DNA of 64,000 bases from Minisyncoccota bacterium (lineage in GTDB: Bacteria; Patescibacteriota; Minisyncoccia; Phycocordibacterales; UBA9973). Within the stretch, counting starts at the first letter, position 1. Each line of letters begins with the position of its first letter. Below the pieces are notes generated by a model. The model made no database searches, was not told the DNA's origin, and saw only the letters and a list, made by a program, of their open reading frames with translations. The position numbers and the translations under genes are program-made. This document shows, in pieces, positions 1 through 9,875 of this stretch. The stretch covers positions 1,190 to 65,189 of the forward strand of contig JBAZSF010000004.1 in NCBI GenBank assembly GCA_041662525.1, in the 5' to 3' direction.

Positions 1-2
1 AA

Positions 3-359
3 GCATTTCCTCTTTTGGCAGGTTTGTTTGATGGCATTTCAATCCGAGTGCCTGTACCGGCTGGATCAATCGTCGATGTTACTTTTATTGCAAAAAGAGA
101 TACAAGTGTTGAAGAAATAAATGCAATACTGAAAAAAGCATCGAGCTTAGATAGATGGAAAAATATTTTTTCAGTTACAGATGAGCCCCTCGTGTCCTCT
201 GATATTTTAGGAAGCAAATATGCTTCAATAGTTGACCTAGCTATGACACGCGTAGTGGGGGGTAATCTGGTAAAAGTAATGGCTTGGTATGATAATGAAA
301 TGGGGTATACGCATACTTTGGTAGACCATGTTGTTAAAACAGGGAGTACAATATTATAA
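3..359 (+). CDS. gap: Glyceraldehyde-3-phosphate dehydrogenase, C-terminal part (5' truncated by window)
   Basis: GISIRVPVPAGSIVDV, PLVSSD and WYDNEMGY motifs of type I GAPDH; frame open from base 3. Confidence 0.95.
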   Translation, partial: AFPLLAGLFDGISIRVPVPAGSIVDVTFIAKRDTSVEEINAILKKASSLDRWKNIFSVTDEPLVSSDILGSKYASIVDLAMTRVVGGNLVKVMAWYDNEMGYTHTLVDHVVKTGSTIL

Positions 360-373
360 ATAATAAAAAACAT

Positions 374-862
374 ATGAAAATTTACATTGGGACAGATCAC
401 GCAGGGTATGTATTAAAGGAGGCACTTGTAGTTTTTTTAAAAGGGGAGGGTCATGAAGTAGTAGATGAAGGTGCATATACTTATGATGAAGATGATGATT
501 ATCCAGATTTTATTTCTAAAGTCGCTCGAGCAGTTTCTAGAGATGTGCATGATTCGACAAAAGTGAGAGGTATTATTTTGGGTGGTACCGGACAAGGAGA
601 GGCGATAGTAGCCAATAGATTTCCTCATGTCAGGGCTATAGTTTATTATGGTAAAGCAACTCCCATAGTAGAAGCTGAGTCTGGTATTCTTCATAGATCA
701 AGGGAGCACAATGATGCAAATGTTCTTTCTTTGGGTGCTCGATATTTTACTGAAGCTGATCTGGTGGAAATTGTTAATTTTTGGCTGAATGCTCCTTATA
801 GTGGTGGGGAAAGACATGTTCGTCGTTTGGCAAAAATAGATCAAATAGACATAAATAAATAA
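374..862 (+). CDS. rpiB: Ribose-5-phosphate isomerase B (RpiB/LacAB family)
   Basis: GTDHAG, DYPD, GGTGQG, SREHNDANVLSLGAR and GERHVRR motifs. Confidence 0.93.
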   Translation: MKIYIGTDHAGYVLKEALVVFLKGEGHEVVDEGAYTYDEDDDYPDFISKVARAVSRDVHDSTKVRGIILGGTGQGEAIVANRFPHVRAIVYYGKATPIVEAESGILHRSREHNDANVLSLGARYFTEADLVEIVNFWLNAPYSGGERHVRRLAKIDQIDINK

Positions 863-870
863 AAAAAATT

Positions 871-1566
871 ATGACTGAAATTATTCCGGCAATTTTGGAA
901 GAAAATTATGAAGATTTGAAGAACAAAATTGCCTTAGTGCGAGGGGTCGTACCTCTCGTGCAAATAGATTTTTGTGATGGAATTTTTGTACCTACTCGTA
1001 CTTGGCCATTTTCTTCTGGAGGAGGGGCAGATGAACATTTCCAGAGAATTCAAAATGAACAAGAAGGAATGCCTTTTTGGGAAGATGTTGATTTTGAACT
1101 TGATCTGATGGTGGCTGATGCCGTAGAGAATTTTGATATTTATACTAAGCTCGGACCGAAAAGAATAATATTTCATATTGAAGCGGTGGGGGAATTTGAA
1201 AATTTTAAGCATTTTTTAGAAGGGATCGATATGTATATCAGAGATAGTATTGAAATAGGGGTGGCTATAAATCCAACCACTTCCCTTGAGCAAATTTTTC
1301 CTTTGATTTCTTGTATAGATTTTGTGCAATGTATGGGAAACGATAAAATTGGGCACAGAGGAATTCTACTCGATGAACAGGTTTATGAAAAAATTAAGGT
1401 TTTGAGAGAAAAATATCCTGATTTTCCGATTGCCGTTGATATAGGTGTTAATAGATCAACAGCACCATTGTTGGTTGAGAGCGGAGCAACAAAACTCGTG
1501 GCTGGTTCAGCTATTTTTAAAACCGATGATATTATTGGAACGATAGAAGATTTTGAGAATTTATAG
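871..1566 (+). CDS. rpe: Ribulose-phosphate 3-epimerase family protein
   Basis: IIPAIL, QIDFCDGIFVP, GVAINPTT, VDIGVN and LVAGSAIF motifs; follows rpiB. Confidence 0.88.
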   Translation: MTEIIPAILEENYEDLKNKIALVRGVVPLVQIDFCDGIFVPTRTWPFSSGGGADEHFQRIQNEQEGMPFWEDVDFELDLMVADAVENFDIYTKLGPKRIIFHIEAVGEFENFKHFLEGIDMYIRDSIEIGVAINPTTSLEQIFPLISCIDFVQCMGNDKIGHRGILLDEQVYEKIKVLREKYPDFPIAVDIGVNRSTAPLLVESGATKLVAGSAIFKTDDIIGTIEDFENL

Positions 1567-1589
1567 TTTTTTATGGTTAACTTAATATA

Positions 1590-2201
1590 ATGAAATTTTT
1601 TTTGAATAAAAAAGGTTTTACATTAATCGAACTTTTAGTGGTGGTTGCTATTATCGGGCTTCTTTCTTCGGTGGTTCTAGCTTCTTTGAATTCCAGCAGA
1701 GCAAAAACTCGCGATGCAAAACGATTGTCTGAATTACGACAAATAGTTAATGCGCTTGAATTGTATGCGATCGATAATGGGGGAATTTATCCGAGTACGG
1801 GCAATATGAATAACGTTTATATAGACTTAGGTTGTCCTCAAACAATTACTGCTCTTCCCGACTTAAAAACAGCTGATTGGGTCCCTGGACTTGCCCCTAC
1901 CTATATACCTGCCTTACCCCAAGATCCAAAACCAATAAGTAGTGGCGCTGGTGGTGGTTGCTATATGTATTCAAGTAATGGGAATAAGTATCTTTTAAGT
2001 GCTTATGGTACTGTTGAAGCGAGTTCAAATGGAGGAAAAATGGATTCAAATTTTGGTTATCGCGAGCTTAGTCTTATGAATGCACCATCTTGCTATTACT
2101 CTACTAGTTATCCTTCGATTGACAATGTTAAGAGAAAATCTTTTACTTATACTAATCTAACCACAAATGATTTTACCATATGTCCCAAAATTGGTCCTTA
2201 A
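1590..2201 (+). CDS. Type IV pilin / GspG-like prepilin
   Basis: KKGFTLIELLVVVAIIGLL class III signal, RDAKRLSELRQI and LPQDP motifs. Confidence 0.9.
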   Translation: MKFFLNKKGFTLIELLVVVAIIGLLSSVVLASLNSSRAKTRDAKRLSELRQIVNALELYAIDNGGIYPSTGNMNNVYIDLGCPQTITALPDLKTADWVPGLAPTYIPALPQDPKPISSGAGGGCYMYSSNGNKYLLSAYGTVEASSNGGKMDSNFGYRELSLMNAPSCYYSTSYPSIDNVKRKSFTYTNLTTNDFTICPKIGP

Positions 2202-2236
2202 GTAAAGTTATGAAACAAAACCTAACAATTTGTAAT

Positions 2237-2455
2237 TTATAGTTTTTTTACAAGAATTTTTATTTTTAAAAAATTAAATATTTTTTTGCCCAGAACTTCT
2301 TTTAAGAAATATGAAGTTCTTTTTTTTCCTATTAACCAAATACAACCCAAGATAATCAATAGCGTAGATCCTGGTACTGGGGTTAGATAGGTTATTATCC
2401 CAATTAATATAAAAATAATGCCACATATTTTATGAAAATATTCCCACTTTTTCAT
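2237..2455 (-). CDS. Small membrane protein (DUF454/PGPGW-like)
   Basis: Two hydrophobic helices around TPVPG; ATG at 2455 overlaps the upstream stop (ATGA); resembles 42178..42426. Confidence 0.6.
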   Translation of the reverse strand: MKKWEYFHKICGIIFILIGIITYLTPVPGSTLLIILGCIWLIGKKRTSYFLKEVLGKKIFNFLKIKILVKKL

Positions 2456-3144
2456 GATTGTTTTGATACCCAATTTTTAAAATTTTTAATAAATATTGCT
2501 TCTTTTATTGCTTCCAATTCATGAGATAGATGTGTCCAAGAAATGTGATCTTTTATATTTTTTTCTTTAAGTAATTTTATTAACTTTTTTCCATTGGCGA
2601 TTGGAATTACTTTGTCATTTTTAGACAAAATGATATTGAATTCTGTATTATAGCTTTTATTTTTGAAATAATGATCAGGAGAAATTATCCTCCAACATTT
2701 TTTTAATTCAGGTAAGGTCGTTTGATGTTTTTTTATCATTTCATTTTTTAATTTTTGAGTATGTTCACCTAACCAAAAAGCTTCAGCTAAATTATAACCT
2801 GGCACAATGAGCATGACTTTTTTTATATCAATTTTATCTGAAACAATCATGCAGAATAATCCACCAAGGCTTTGACCATATAAATAAAAAGAACGATATT
2901 TTTTCTCTTTTAATTTTTTTAAATCCTTTTGGATAGCCGTAATTAAATAAATAAAATTTTCTTTTGTCTTGATTGGATCGGAACATAAAATTTTATTAGG
3001 ATAGGCATATTGTATATAGCCATATTCATTTGGGATAGATTCTCGTATTAAATAATATAGGTTTTCAAACGAAGACCAGCCATCTACTAATATTATAATT
3101 TTTTCTTTATCTAGTCTTTTACTTATTTTGGAAATTTCTATCAT
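2452..3144 (-). CDS. Alpha/beta-hydrolase fold protein
   Basis: GQSLGG nucleophile elbow, DKVIP acid and C-terminal His (LSH). Confidence 0.75.
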   Translation of the reverse strand: MIEISKISKRLDKEKIIILVDGWSSFENLYYLIRESIPNEYGYIQYAYPNKILCSDPIKTKENFIYLITAIQKDLKKLKEKKYRSFYLYGQSLGGLFCMIVSDKIDIKKVMLIVPGYNLAEAFWLGEHTQKLKNEMIKKHQTTLPELKKCWRIISPDHYFKNKSYNTEFNIILSKNDKVIPIANGKKLIKLLKEKNIKDHISWTHLSHELEAIKEAIFIKNFKNWVSKQS

Positions 3145-3205
3145 TTTGTTGAATTATATCTATTTTTAATAGTATTTACAAATTTAGTTTGTTATAATTA
3201 ATCTT

Positions 3206-4051
3206 ATGTCTCACTTAACAGATGAAAAAATTACAGAGTTGGAAAAGAAAGCGAATGATATTCGTATCTCTATTATTGAAATGCTCATAGAAGCAGGAAG
3301 TGGACACACTGCTGGGCCTCTTGGTATGGCAGATATTTTTACTCTTTTTTATTTTCATATTTTAAAACACGATCCGAAAAATCCTTCCTGGGAAGGACGA
3401 GATAGATTTATACTTTCAAATGGTCATATTTGTCCGGTATTGTATTCCACCATGGCACATGCGGGATATTTTCCAGTCGAAGAATTAAAAACTTTAAGAA
3501 AATTTGGTACTAGACTGCAAGGACATCCACATCGAGAATATTTGCCGTATGTGGAAAATTCTTCTGGTCCGCTTGGTTCTGGGCTTTCGCAGGCTGTAGG
3601 GATGGCGCTCGCTGATAAAATAGACAAGAAAGACAAAGATAGATTCATTTATTGTTTTATGTCAGACGGGGAGATGGACGAAGGAAATACTTGGGAAGCT
3701 ATTATGCTGGCTGGAAAACATAAATTAAGAAATTTGATTGCCGTGGTTGATAGAAACAATATTCAAATTGAAGGATTTACGGAAGATGTGATGCCCTTAG
3801 AACCTTTTCATAGTAAATGGAAAAGTTTTAATTGGCATGTGATAGAAGTTTCTGGACACGATTTTAGATCCTTAAACGAGGTTATAGAAGAAGCACAAAC
3901 CATCTATGAAAAACCCACGGTCATTATTGCACATACGATACCGGGCAAAGGAGTAAAAGAATTTGAAAGGAATTATAAATGGCATGGAAAACCGCCTTCC
4001 AAAGAAGAAGGAGAAATGGCGTTAAAAGAATTAAGAAATTTAAGATTTTAA
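3206..4051 (+). CDS. Transketolase, N-terminal (TPP-binding) subunit
   Basis: GSGH, RDRFILSNGH, LQGHP, DGEMDEG..WEA, TIPGKG and WHG motifs. Confidence 0.95.
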   Translation: MSHLTDEKITELEKKANDIRISIIEMLIEAGSGHTAGPLGMADIFTLFYFHILKHDPKNPSWEGRDRFILSNGHICPVLYSTMAHAGYFPVEELKTLRKFGTRLQGHPHREYLPYVENSSGPLGSGLSQAVGMALADKIDKKDKDRFIYCFMSDGEMDEGNTWEAIMLAGKHKLRNLIAVVDRNNIQIEGFTEDVMPLEPFHSKWKSFNWHVIEVSGHDFRSLNEVIEEAQTIYEKPTVIIAHTIPGKGVKEFERNYKWHGKPPSKEEGEMALKELRNLRF

Positions 4052-4052
4052 T

Positions 4053-5051
4053 ATGCTTAACCCTAAACTAAAACTTAATACCAAGGTGTTTAATGACGAT
4101 GTCGAGCAAGTACCGATTCGTAAAGGTTTTGGGCAGGGGTTATTGCTTGCGGGCGAGGAAAATGAAAACGTAGTGGGACTTTGTGCAGATTTAACAGAAA
4201 GTACTCAGATGCATTTATTTGCCGATAAATTTCCAAATAGATTTATACAAATCGGAGTCGCAGAGCAAAATTTAGTAACAGTGGCTTCTGGTATGGCAAC
4301 TATGGGCAAAATCCCTTTTTGTTCTTCTTATGCGATGTTTTCTCCTGGGAGAAACTGGGAACAAATAAGGACGACGATATCTTACAACGATAGAAAAGTT
4401 ATTATCGTGGGCTCACATTCAGGTATTTCTGTAGGACCTGATGGTGGGACGCATCAAGCACTAGAAGATATTGCTTTGATGCGGGTGATGCCAAATATGG
4501 ACGTTCTTTCTCCTTGTGATGCAATAGAAGCAAAGAAGGCGACAGTAGCGCTTGCAAAAACTAGTAAGCCAGCATACTTGCGTTTAGTTCGTGAAAAAAC
4601 TCCAATCATTACCACAGAGGAAACTCCTATGCAAATAGGCAAAGCAGAAATTTATTGGATGCCGGATTTAGGGCTCGCGCAAGTGGGTATCATCGCTATG
4701 GGTGGACTCGTATATAATGCACTTTTGGCTGCTAAAGAATTAGAGCAAGAGGGAATAAAAACTAAAGTGATGAATTTAGCTACAATAAAACCAATAGATT
4801 CTGAGGCAGTTATAAATTTAGCCAAAGAATGTAAAGCAATAATAACAGTAGAAGAACATCAAATAGCTGGGGGGATGGGTTCGGCTGTGGCAGAAGTCTT
4901 AGCACAGAATTTTCCGGTGCCAATAGAATTTATCGGAGTGCACGACAAATTCGGTCAATCCGGCACACCAAAAGAACTCATAGAACATTATGGTATGGGT
5001 AAAGATTCTATCAAAGAAGCGGTGAGGAAAGTTTTGAAAAGAAAAATTTAG
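4053..5051 (+). CDS. Transketolase, C-terminal subunit
   Basis: GVAEQN, GPDGGTHQALED, YLRL and EEHQIAGGMGSAVAE motifs. Confidence 0.95.
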   Translation: MLNPKLKLNTKVFNDDVEQVPIRKGFGQGLLLAGEENENVVGLCADLTESTQMHLFADKFPNRFIQIGVAEQNLVTVASGMATMGKIPFCSSYAMFSPGRNWEQIRTTISYNDRKVIIVGSHSGISVGPDGGTHQALEDIALMRVMPNMDVLSPCDAIEAKKATVALAKTSKPAYLRLVREKTPIITTEETPMQIGKAEIYWMPDLGLAQVGIIAMGGLVYNALLAAKELEQEGIKTKVMNLATIKPIDSEAVINLAKECKAIITVEEHQIAGGMGSAVAEVLAQNFPVPIEFIGVHDKFGQSGTPKELIEHYGMGKDSIKEAVRKVLKRKI

Positions 5052-5076
5052 AAAAGAAATTAGACTTAATTTTAAT

Positions 5077-5128
5077 AAAAACAAAACCCCGTTTAGACGA
5101 GCTTGAGGCTTTGTCTATAACGGGGTTG
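5077..5128 (-). terminator. Intrinsic terminator for the 5130..5465 gene
   Basis: AACCCCGTT..TAGAC / GTCTA..AACGGGGTT stem with an A-run on the + side (U-tract on the - strand). Confidence 0.65.
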
Positions 5129-5129
5129 A

Positions 5130-5465
5130 TTACTGTTTAAGGTATAAGTTGAAACTTCCGCACCATGCCGACGAAGCCTCGGCCTTGAGATTCTTATTAC
5201 TCGAACTTAGAATTCGTTTCAAGATCTCGATTTCTTCTGTCGGTCTTTCAAAAATGCTTTCTCCAGCATAATCACACCCCTTATGTTCAAAGATGATTCT
5301 ATTGCCGTGGAATCTAATATCGGCTTGGCCCTGCATGAGTGCTCGTACAAAACTTGTGCAGTAGATATTAGACTCCGTACTACCATCACCGGAAAGTCCG
5401 GCCCCAATAATCTCTCCCGCGTCGTTTCTTTTGAGATTAAAATTGAGATTTAAAATTGTTTCCAT
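5130..5465 (-). CDS. Hypothetical protein (orphan, SD-led)
   Basis: Open frame from ATG 5465 (METILN...), AAAAGGA at 5471-5477 (- strand), own terminator; no family recognised. Confidence 0.55.
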   Translation of the reverse strand: METILNLNFNLKRNDAGEIIGAGLSGDGSTESNIYCTSFVRALMQGQADIRFHGNRIIFEHKGCDYAGESIFERPTEEIEILKRILSSSNKNLKAEASSAWCGSFNLYLKQ

Positions 5466-5613
5466 GTTTTTCCTTTTGATATGTGTATTTTTGCCGACCA
5501 TCCAAAGAATGGTTTATTACAAAGTTTCAGAGCTTCAAAGTTCAGAAATCTGATATAATAAAAGCACAAAAAATATATTTTGTAAAGGCCAGCGTCTATT
5601 TTCAATACCGCTT

Positions 5614-6615
5614 TTATATTTTTCTAGCTTTGTAACCCTCTCCCGCATTTTTAAGATATTCTTCCAATTTTTCTTTAGTGAGGAGGCCTTTTTGGGCGCC
5701 GACTTCTTGAACTACGGACATGGAGTTTATGCCTGCCCAGGTTAGGGCTTCAGACATAGTTTTACCCAAGATGTTTGCAATTACTATGGTAGCAGAAAAA
5801 GCGTCTCCAGCACCAGTGCGTTCATAAGGCGGTTTGGGGTCAGGATAGGGAGGCATAAATAAATATTCTACCCCGTCATATGTATAAGCACCCTTGGGCC
5901 CATCTGTGATCACTACTGTCTTGGGTCCTAAGCTATGAATTTTTTCCAGCAATTCTTTTATCTCTCCACTATCGAGACCTAATATTTTTCTCGCTTCTTC
6001 AACATTGCAGAAAAACATATCTGTATGTTTATAAAGTCTTTGTAATTTTTCTTTTCCTAACTTTATTTCAAACTTACCAGGTTCGAAAGCGAATTTTGTT
6101 TCTGGATGGGCATCTAGATAGTCCGCGATAGTGTAATGAAAAGGAAAAGCAGTTTCATTTACTGAACTAAAATAAATCCATTTTGGTTCATCAAATTCTG
6201 GTAAACTATATGGGTAAATTTCATGTTTGATTAAAATAGTTCTTTCAGCTTCATACCATAAAACAAAATGCTGATTAGTTTTTATTCCTGTATTTATTCT
6301 TATTAGTTCTGTGCCAACTTCATCTTTTTTAAGTGAATCTAAACAATCTGTGCCTGCTTTATCATCACCAATATTGGAGATGAGTTTTGTCTGGAGTCCG
6401 AGCCGAGCAGCTGCGACAGCAACATTTGGAGCATTACCTACTGCGGGGAGAACGTAAACTTCTTCGTATGGAACTTTGTCGGCAAAAGGCAGGCATATTT
6501 TATAGTCTTTATTGTCTGGAGTACCCTCGATGCTTGCATCTTTTAATTTTATAAAAGTATCTATTACGATATCCCCAATTGCTAAGAAATCTATTTTATT
6601 ATTGTTTTCGCTCAT
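5614..6615 (-). CDS. PfkB-family carbohydrate kinase
   Basis: GNAPNVAVAAARLG, VVITDGPKGA and ERTGAGDAF motifs. Confidence 0.92.
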   Translation of the reverse strand: MSENNNKIDFLAIGDIVIDTFIKLKDASIEGTPDNKDYKICLPFADKVPYEEVYVLPAVGNAPNVAVAAARLGLQTKLISNIGDDKAGTDCLDSLKKDEVGTELIRINTGIKTNQHFVLWYEAERTILIKHEIYPYSLPEFDEPKWIYFSSVNETAFPFHYTIADYLDAHPETKFAFEPGKFEIKLGKEKLQRLYKHTDMFFCNVEEARKILGLDSGEIKELLEKIHSLGPKTVVITDGPKGAYTYDGVEYLFMPPYPDPKPPYERTGAGDAFSATIVIANILGKTMSEALTWAGINSMSVVQEVGAQKGLLTKEKLEEYLKNAGEGYKARKI

Positions 6616-6645
6616 GGTACTATTCTAACATATTATAAAAAATTT

Positions 6646-8019
6646 ATGAAAAAATTAATTTTAGTTCTTACAGGTTTTGTTTTTTTCTTTAGTTTTAATT
6701 TGGCGCAAGCAAGTGTTGTTATAAATGAAATAAAAATATCACCAACTGAAGATAGATTTATTAAGCTTTACAATCAAGATAATGCTGAAGTTGATTTAAC
6801 TAATTGGTATATTCAAAGAAAAACACAAACTGGAACTAGTTTCACTTCTTTAGTCACAAAGACTTATTTTGAAAATAAAAAAATTAATGCAAATGGTTAT
6901 TTTTTAATTTCTCGTGCTCAAATGGAAAATTCTGAAATTGTTGTTGATAATTTGACACTTACTGAATCAAATGTAATCCAACTTAAAAACTCAAGCGGGG
7001 AAGTAGTAGATAAGGTTTGTTGGGGAGATGTAGATAGCTGTGGAAACCCTAATCCAGATTTAGGTCAAAGTATTCTTGTAACAGATCATGCTTCATCCAC
7101 CGTACCGGCAACTGAAACTTCTTCTTCGAATTCAGACACTGTAGTATCCAATGATGATTCTTCTACAGTACAAATAAAACCTAAAGTAATTGAAAATCCA
7201 GTTATGAAAGTAAAAATTTTAGTTAATACTTTAGCTTTTGCCGGGGAGCCATTTGAAATAAAAACTAATGTTTTAGGGTTTTCTAATGAAAATGTAGTTC
7301 TTGGTAGAGCTTCTTGGAATTTTGGCGACGGTAGTTCATTTGAACAAATAAATAATTTTGAAAAGTTTTCTCATATTTATTATTATCCGGGAGAGTATGT
7401 TTTATTTTTGGAATATTATCAAAATAGTTTTTCAAAAATTCCAGAGGCGACGAGCAAGATGGTAATTAAAGTTCTCCCCACGACTGTTTCTATTTCTAAA
7501 GTAGGGGACGCAAAAGATTTTTTTATAGAACTTTCAAACAATGCTAGTTCGGACATCGATATCTCAAATTGGGTTATTAATGCCAATGGAAAAACTTTTA
7601 TTTTACCAAAAAATAGTGTGATTATGTCTAAAAAACAAATGACAATTTCTGGTAAACTAACTGGATTTACTCTTGGTGATCAAAACAACTTAAAGCTTTA
7701 TTCTGGAACAGGAGAATTGGTGTTTGATTATTTGTCATCTAAAGTTCCCATTGTCGCTAGGCAAGACCTAATAACGACAGCAACTAAGCCAAAAATTTCT
7801 ACAGCGATTCCTCCAGCGGTGAAACCGCTGGAAAATTTAGGCGCTACTGTTTTACAAAGTGATGTCGTAAACAGTGAAAGTTCAAACAATTCAAATACCC
7901 CCATTGTTCCTATTGCTTCTTTTGCTTTTATTGGAGCTGGTGCCGGTGCAGTTTATTTTATTCGTCGAAAAAAAGTTATTCCAAAAGAAGGAGAAGACTT
8001 CGAGATCCTAGATGCATAA
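6646..8019 (+). CDS. Secreted, membrane-anchored lamin-tail-domain/PKD protein
   Basis: Signal peptide, VVINEI..FIKLYN..VDLTNW (LTD), WNFGDG..HIYYYPGEY (PKD), second LTD (FIELSN..DISNW), C-terminal TM plus RRKK. Confidence 0.8.
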   Translation: MKKLILVLTGFVFFFSFNLAQASVVINEIKISPTEDRFIKLYNQDNAEVDLTNWYIQRKTQTGTSFTSLVTKTYFENKKINANGYFLISRAQMENSEIVVDNLTLTESNVIQLKNSSGEVVDKVCWGDVDSCGNPNPDLGQSILVTDHASSTVPATETSSSNSDTVVSNDDSSTVQIKPKVIENPVMKVKILVNTLAFAGEPFEIKTNVLGFSNENVVLGRASWNFGDGSSFEQINNFEKFSHIYYYPGEYVLFLEYYQNSFSKIPEATSKMVIKVLPTTVSISKVGDAKDFFIELSNNASSDIDISNWVINANGKTFILPKNSVIMSKKQMTISGKLTGFTLGDQNNLKLYSGTGELVFDYLSSKVPIVARQDLITTATKPKISTAIPPAVKPLENLGATVLQSDVVNSESSNNSNTPIVPIASFAFIGAGAGAVYFIRRKKVIPKEGEDFEILDA

Positions 8020-8093
8020 TCTCTCTTTGAAGCTTTGAAATAAGGGTTTTTTCTGATAGAATAAAAAAAGGGCAAGAATTGTCCTATTTTTAT

Positions 8094-9863
8094 ATGGAAA
8101 AAGACTATTCAAATTTGCACATTAGATTGGTGCTTAAATATTATTGGCAGGTAATAAAGAATTATAGAATATCTTTTTTTTGTGTTGTTTTTTTTACAAT
8201 ATTTTTTTCTATTTTAGACATTTATATACCACTTCAGTTTTTAAAACTTTGGGATGTATTAAGCACAAATAACTTTGCAATTATTTCAACTGCTAAATCA
8301 ATAATTATTTTAATTTTGATATTAGGATTAACTCGTTGGTTTTTTAGTAGATCTTCTGGATTTTGTTTATCTTATTTTGAGGCTGGAGTTATGGCAGGTC
8401 TTAGAGAGCAAGCTTTTTCTTATATGATTGGTCATTCTCATTCTTTTTTTGCAAATAATTTTGCAGGATCATTAACTAGAAAAATAAATAAATATGCTGG
8501 TGCTTTTGAGAGATTAACTGACAAAATGGCTGCTGATGGATTACCTCTTTTAGTCCGTGGTATTGGTACATTTTTTGCTATTTATTCTTTAGTTCCGAAA
8601 TATGCTTACATTTTAGGAATATTTTGTTTAATTTTTTTATTAACCGCTTTTATTTATATTCGATTTAAAATTAAATATGATGTGCTTTCTGCTTTGGCTG
8701 ATACAAAAACCACTGGGGTTTTAGCTGATGCCATTGGTAACCATTCTTCAATTCAGATTTTTACGGGTCATCTGTATGAAGAAAATCGTACTAGAGAAAC
8801 GATCCAAAAACAACGCAAAGCAACCGTTTTTAATTGGTATTTATGGGAAGGGCTCAATGCTATCCAAGGATTTTACTCAGTCATTATAGGGTTTATTATT
8901 TTTTGGGTTGCGATTGATGATTGGAGACTTTCTCTAGTTACGCTACCTTTTATAGTATTACTTCAAAGTTATTTAGTACGTTTAATAGATAGTCTATGGA
9001 GTTTTGGGGGGATAGTCCGTACTTTTTATAATAGTTTTGCTGATGCTCAAGAAATGGCTCTTGTTTTAAATACACCATATGAGATTAGCGATAAAGTGGA
9101 AAAAGTGGCTAAAAATATAAAAGGAGAAGTTGTCTTTAATAATGTAACTTATTTTTACAAAAATAATAATAATAAAGTATTAGATAATTTTTCTCTAACC
9201 ATAATGCCTGGACAAAAAATAGCCATTGTTGGTTCTTCTGGCGCTGGTAAGACGACTCTGGTTCGTCTTTTAATGAGATTGTTTAATACAAGTTTGGGTG
9301 AGATTGCTATTGACGGAATTGATATTAGTAAAATTTCTCAAGAAAATCTCCGGGAACAAATAGCTTTTGTTCCGCAAGATCCAGTTCTCTTTCATCGTAC
9401 TTTGATGGAAAATATACGTTATGGTAGAAGAAGTGCTACAGATGAAGAAGTTTTAAAAGCTGCAACGCTTGCGCATTGTGATGAGTTTATTGATTCTTTG
9501 CCATTTCGTTATGAGACATATGTAGGAGAGCGAGGGATAAAGCTCTCAGGTGGAGAACGTCAAAGAGTGGCTATTGCTCGCGCAATAATTAAAAATGCGC
9601 CGATTCTTATTTTAGATGAAGCAACCTCTTCGCTTGATTCCCACTCTGAATCTTTAATTCAAGATGCTCTCGCAAAACTTATTGATGGTAAAACTACTAT
9701 TGTCATCGCCCATCGACTTTCCACCATTAGACAAATGGATAGGATTATCGTTTTAGAGAAGGGGAAAATTGTCGAGGATGGAGTTCACGAAGAACTTATA
9801 AATAAAAAAGATGGATTTTATAAAAAATTATGGGATCTTCAGGCAGGAGGATTTTTAGATTAA
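8094..9863 (+). CDS. ABC exporter, fused permease/ATPase (MsbA-like)
   Basis: N-terminal TM domain; GSSGAGKT, LSGGERQR, LILDEATSSLD and IAHRLST motifs; ATG 8094 preferred over TTG 8079. Confidence 0.92.
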   Translation: MEKDYSNLHIRLVLKYYWQVIKNYRISFFCVVFFTIFFSILDIYIPLQFLKLWDVLSTNNFAIISTAKSIIILILILGLTRWFFSRSSGFCLSYFEAGVMAGLREQAFSYMIGHSHSFFANNFAGSLTRKINKYAGAFERLTDKMAADGLPLLVRGIGTFFAIYSLVPKYAYILGIFCLIFLLTAFIYIRFKIKYDVLSALADTKTTGVLADAIGNHSSIQIFTGHLYEENRTRETIQKQRKATVFNWYLWEGLNAIQGFYSVIIGFIIFWVAIDDWRLSLVTLPFIVLLQSYLVRLIDSLWSFGGIVRTFYNSFADAQEMALVLNTPYEISDKVEKVAKNIKGEVVFNNVTYFYKNNNNKVLDNFSLTIMPGQKIAIVGSSGAGKTTLVRLLMRLFNTSLGEIAIDGIDISKISQENLREQIAFVPQDPVLFHRTLMENIRYGRRSATDEEVLKAATLAHCDEFIDSLPFRYETYVGERGIKLSGGERQRVAIARAIIKNAPILILDEATSSLDSHSESLIQDALAKLIDGKTTIVIAHRLSTIRQMDRIIVLEKGKIVEDGVHEELINKKDGFYKKLWDLQAGGFLD

Positions 9864-9875
9864 TGAATTTTATTT

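Noticed and set aside
3206-5051. Transketolase in two ORFs as a broken gene
   Set aside because: Two-subunit transketolases are a well-known form
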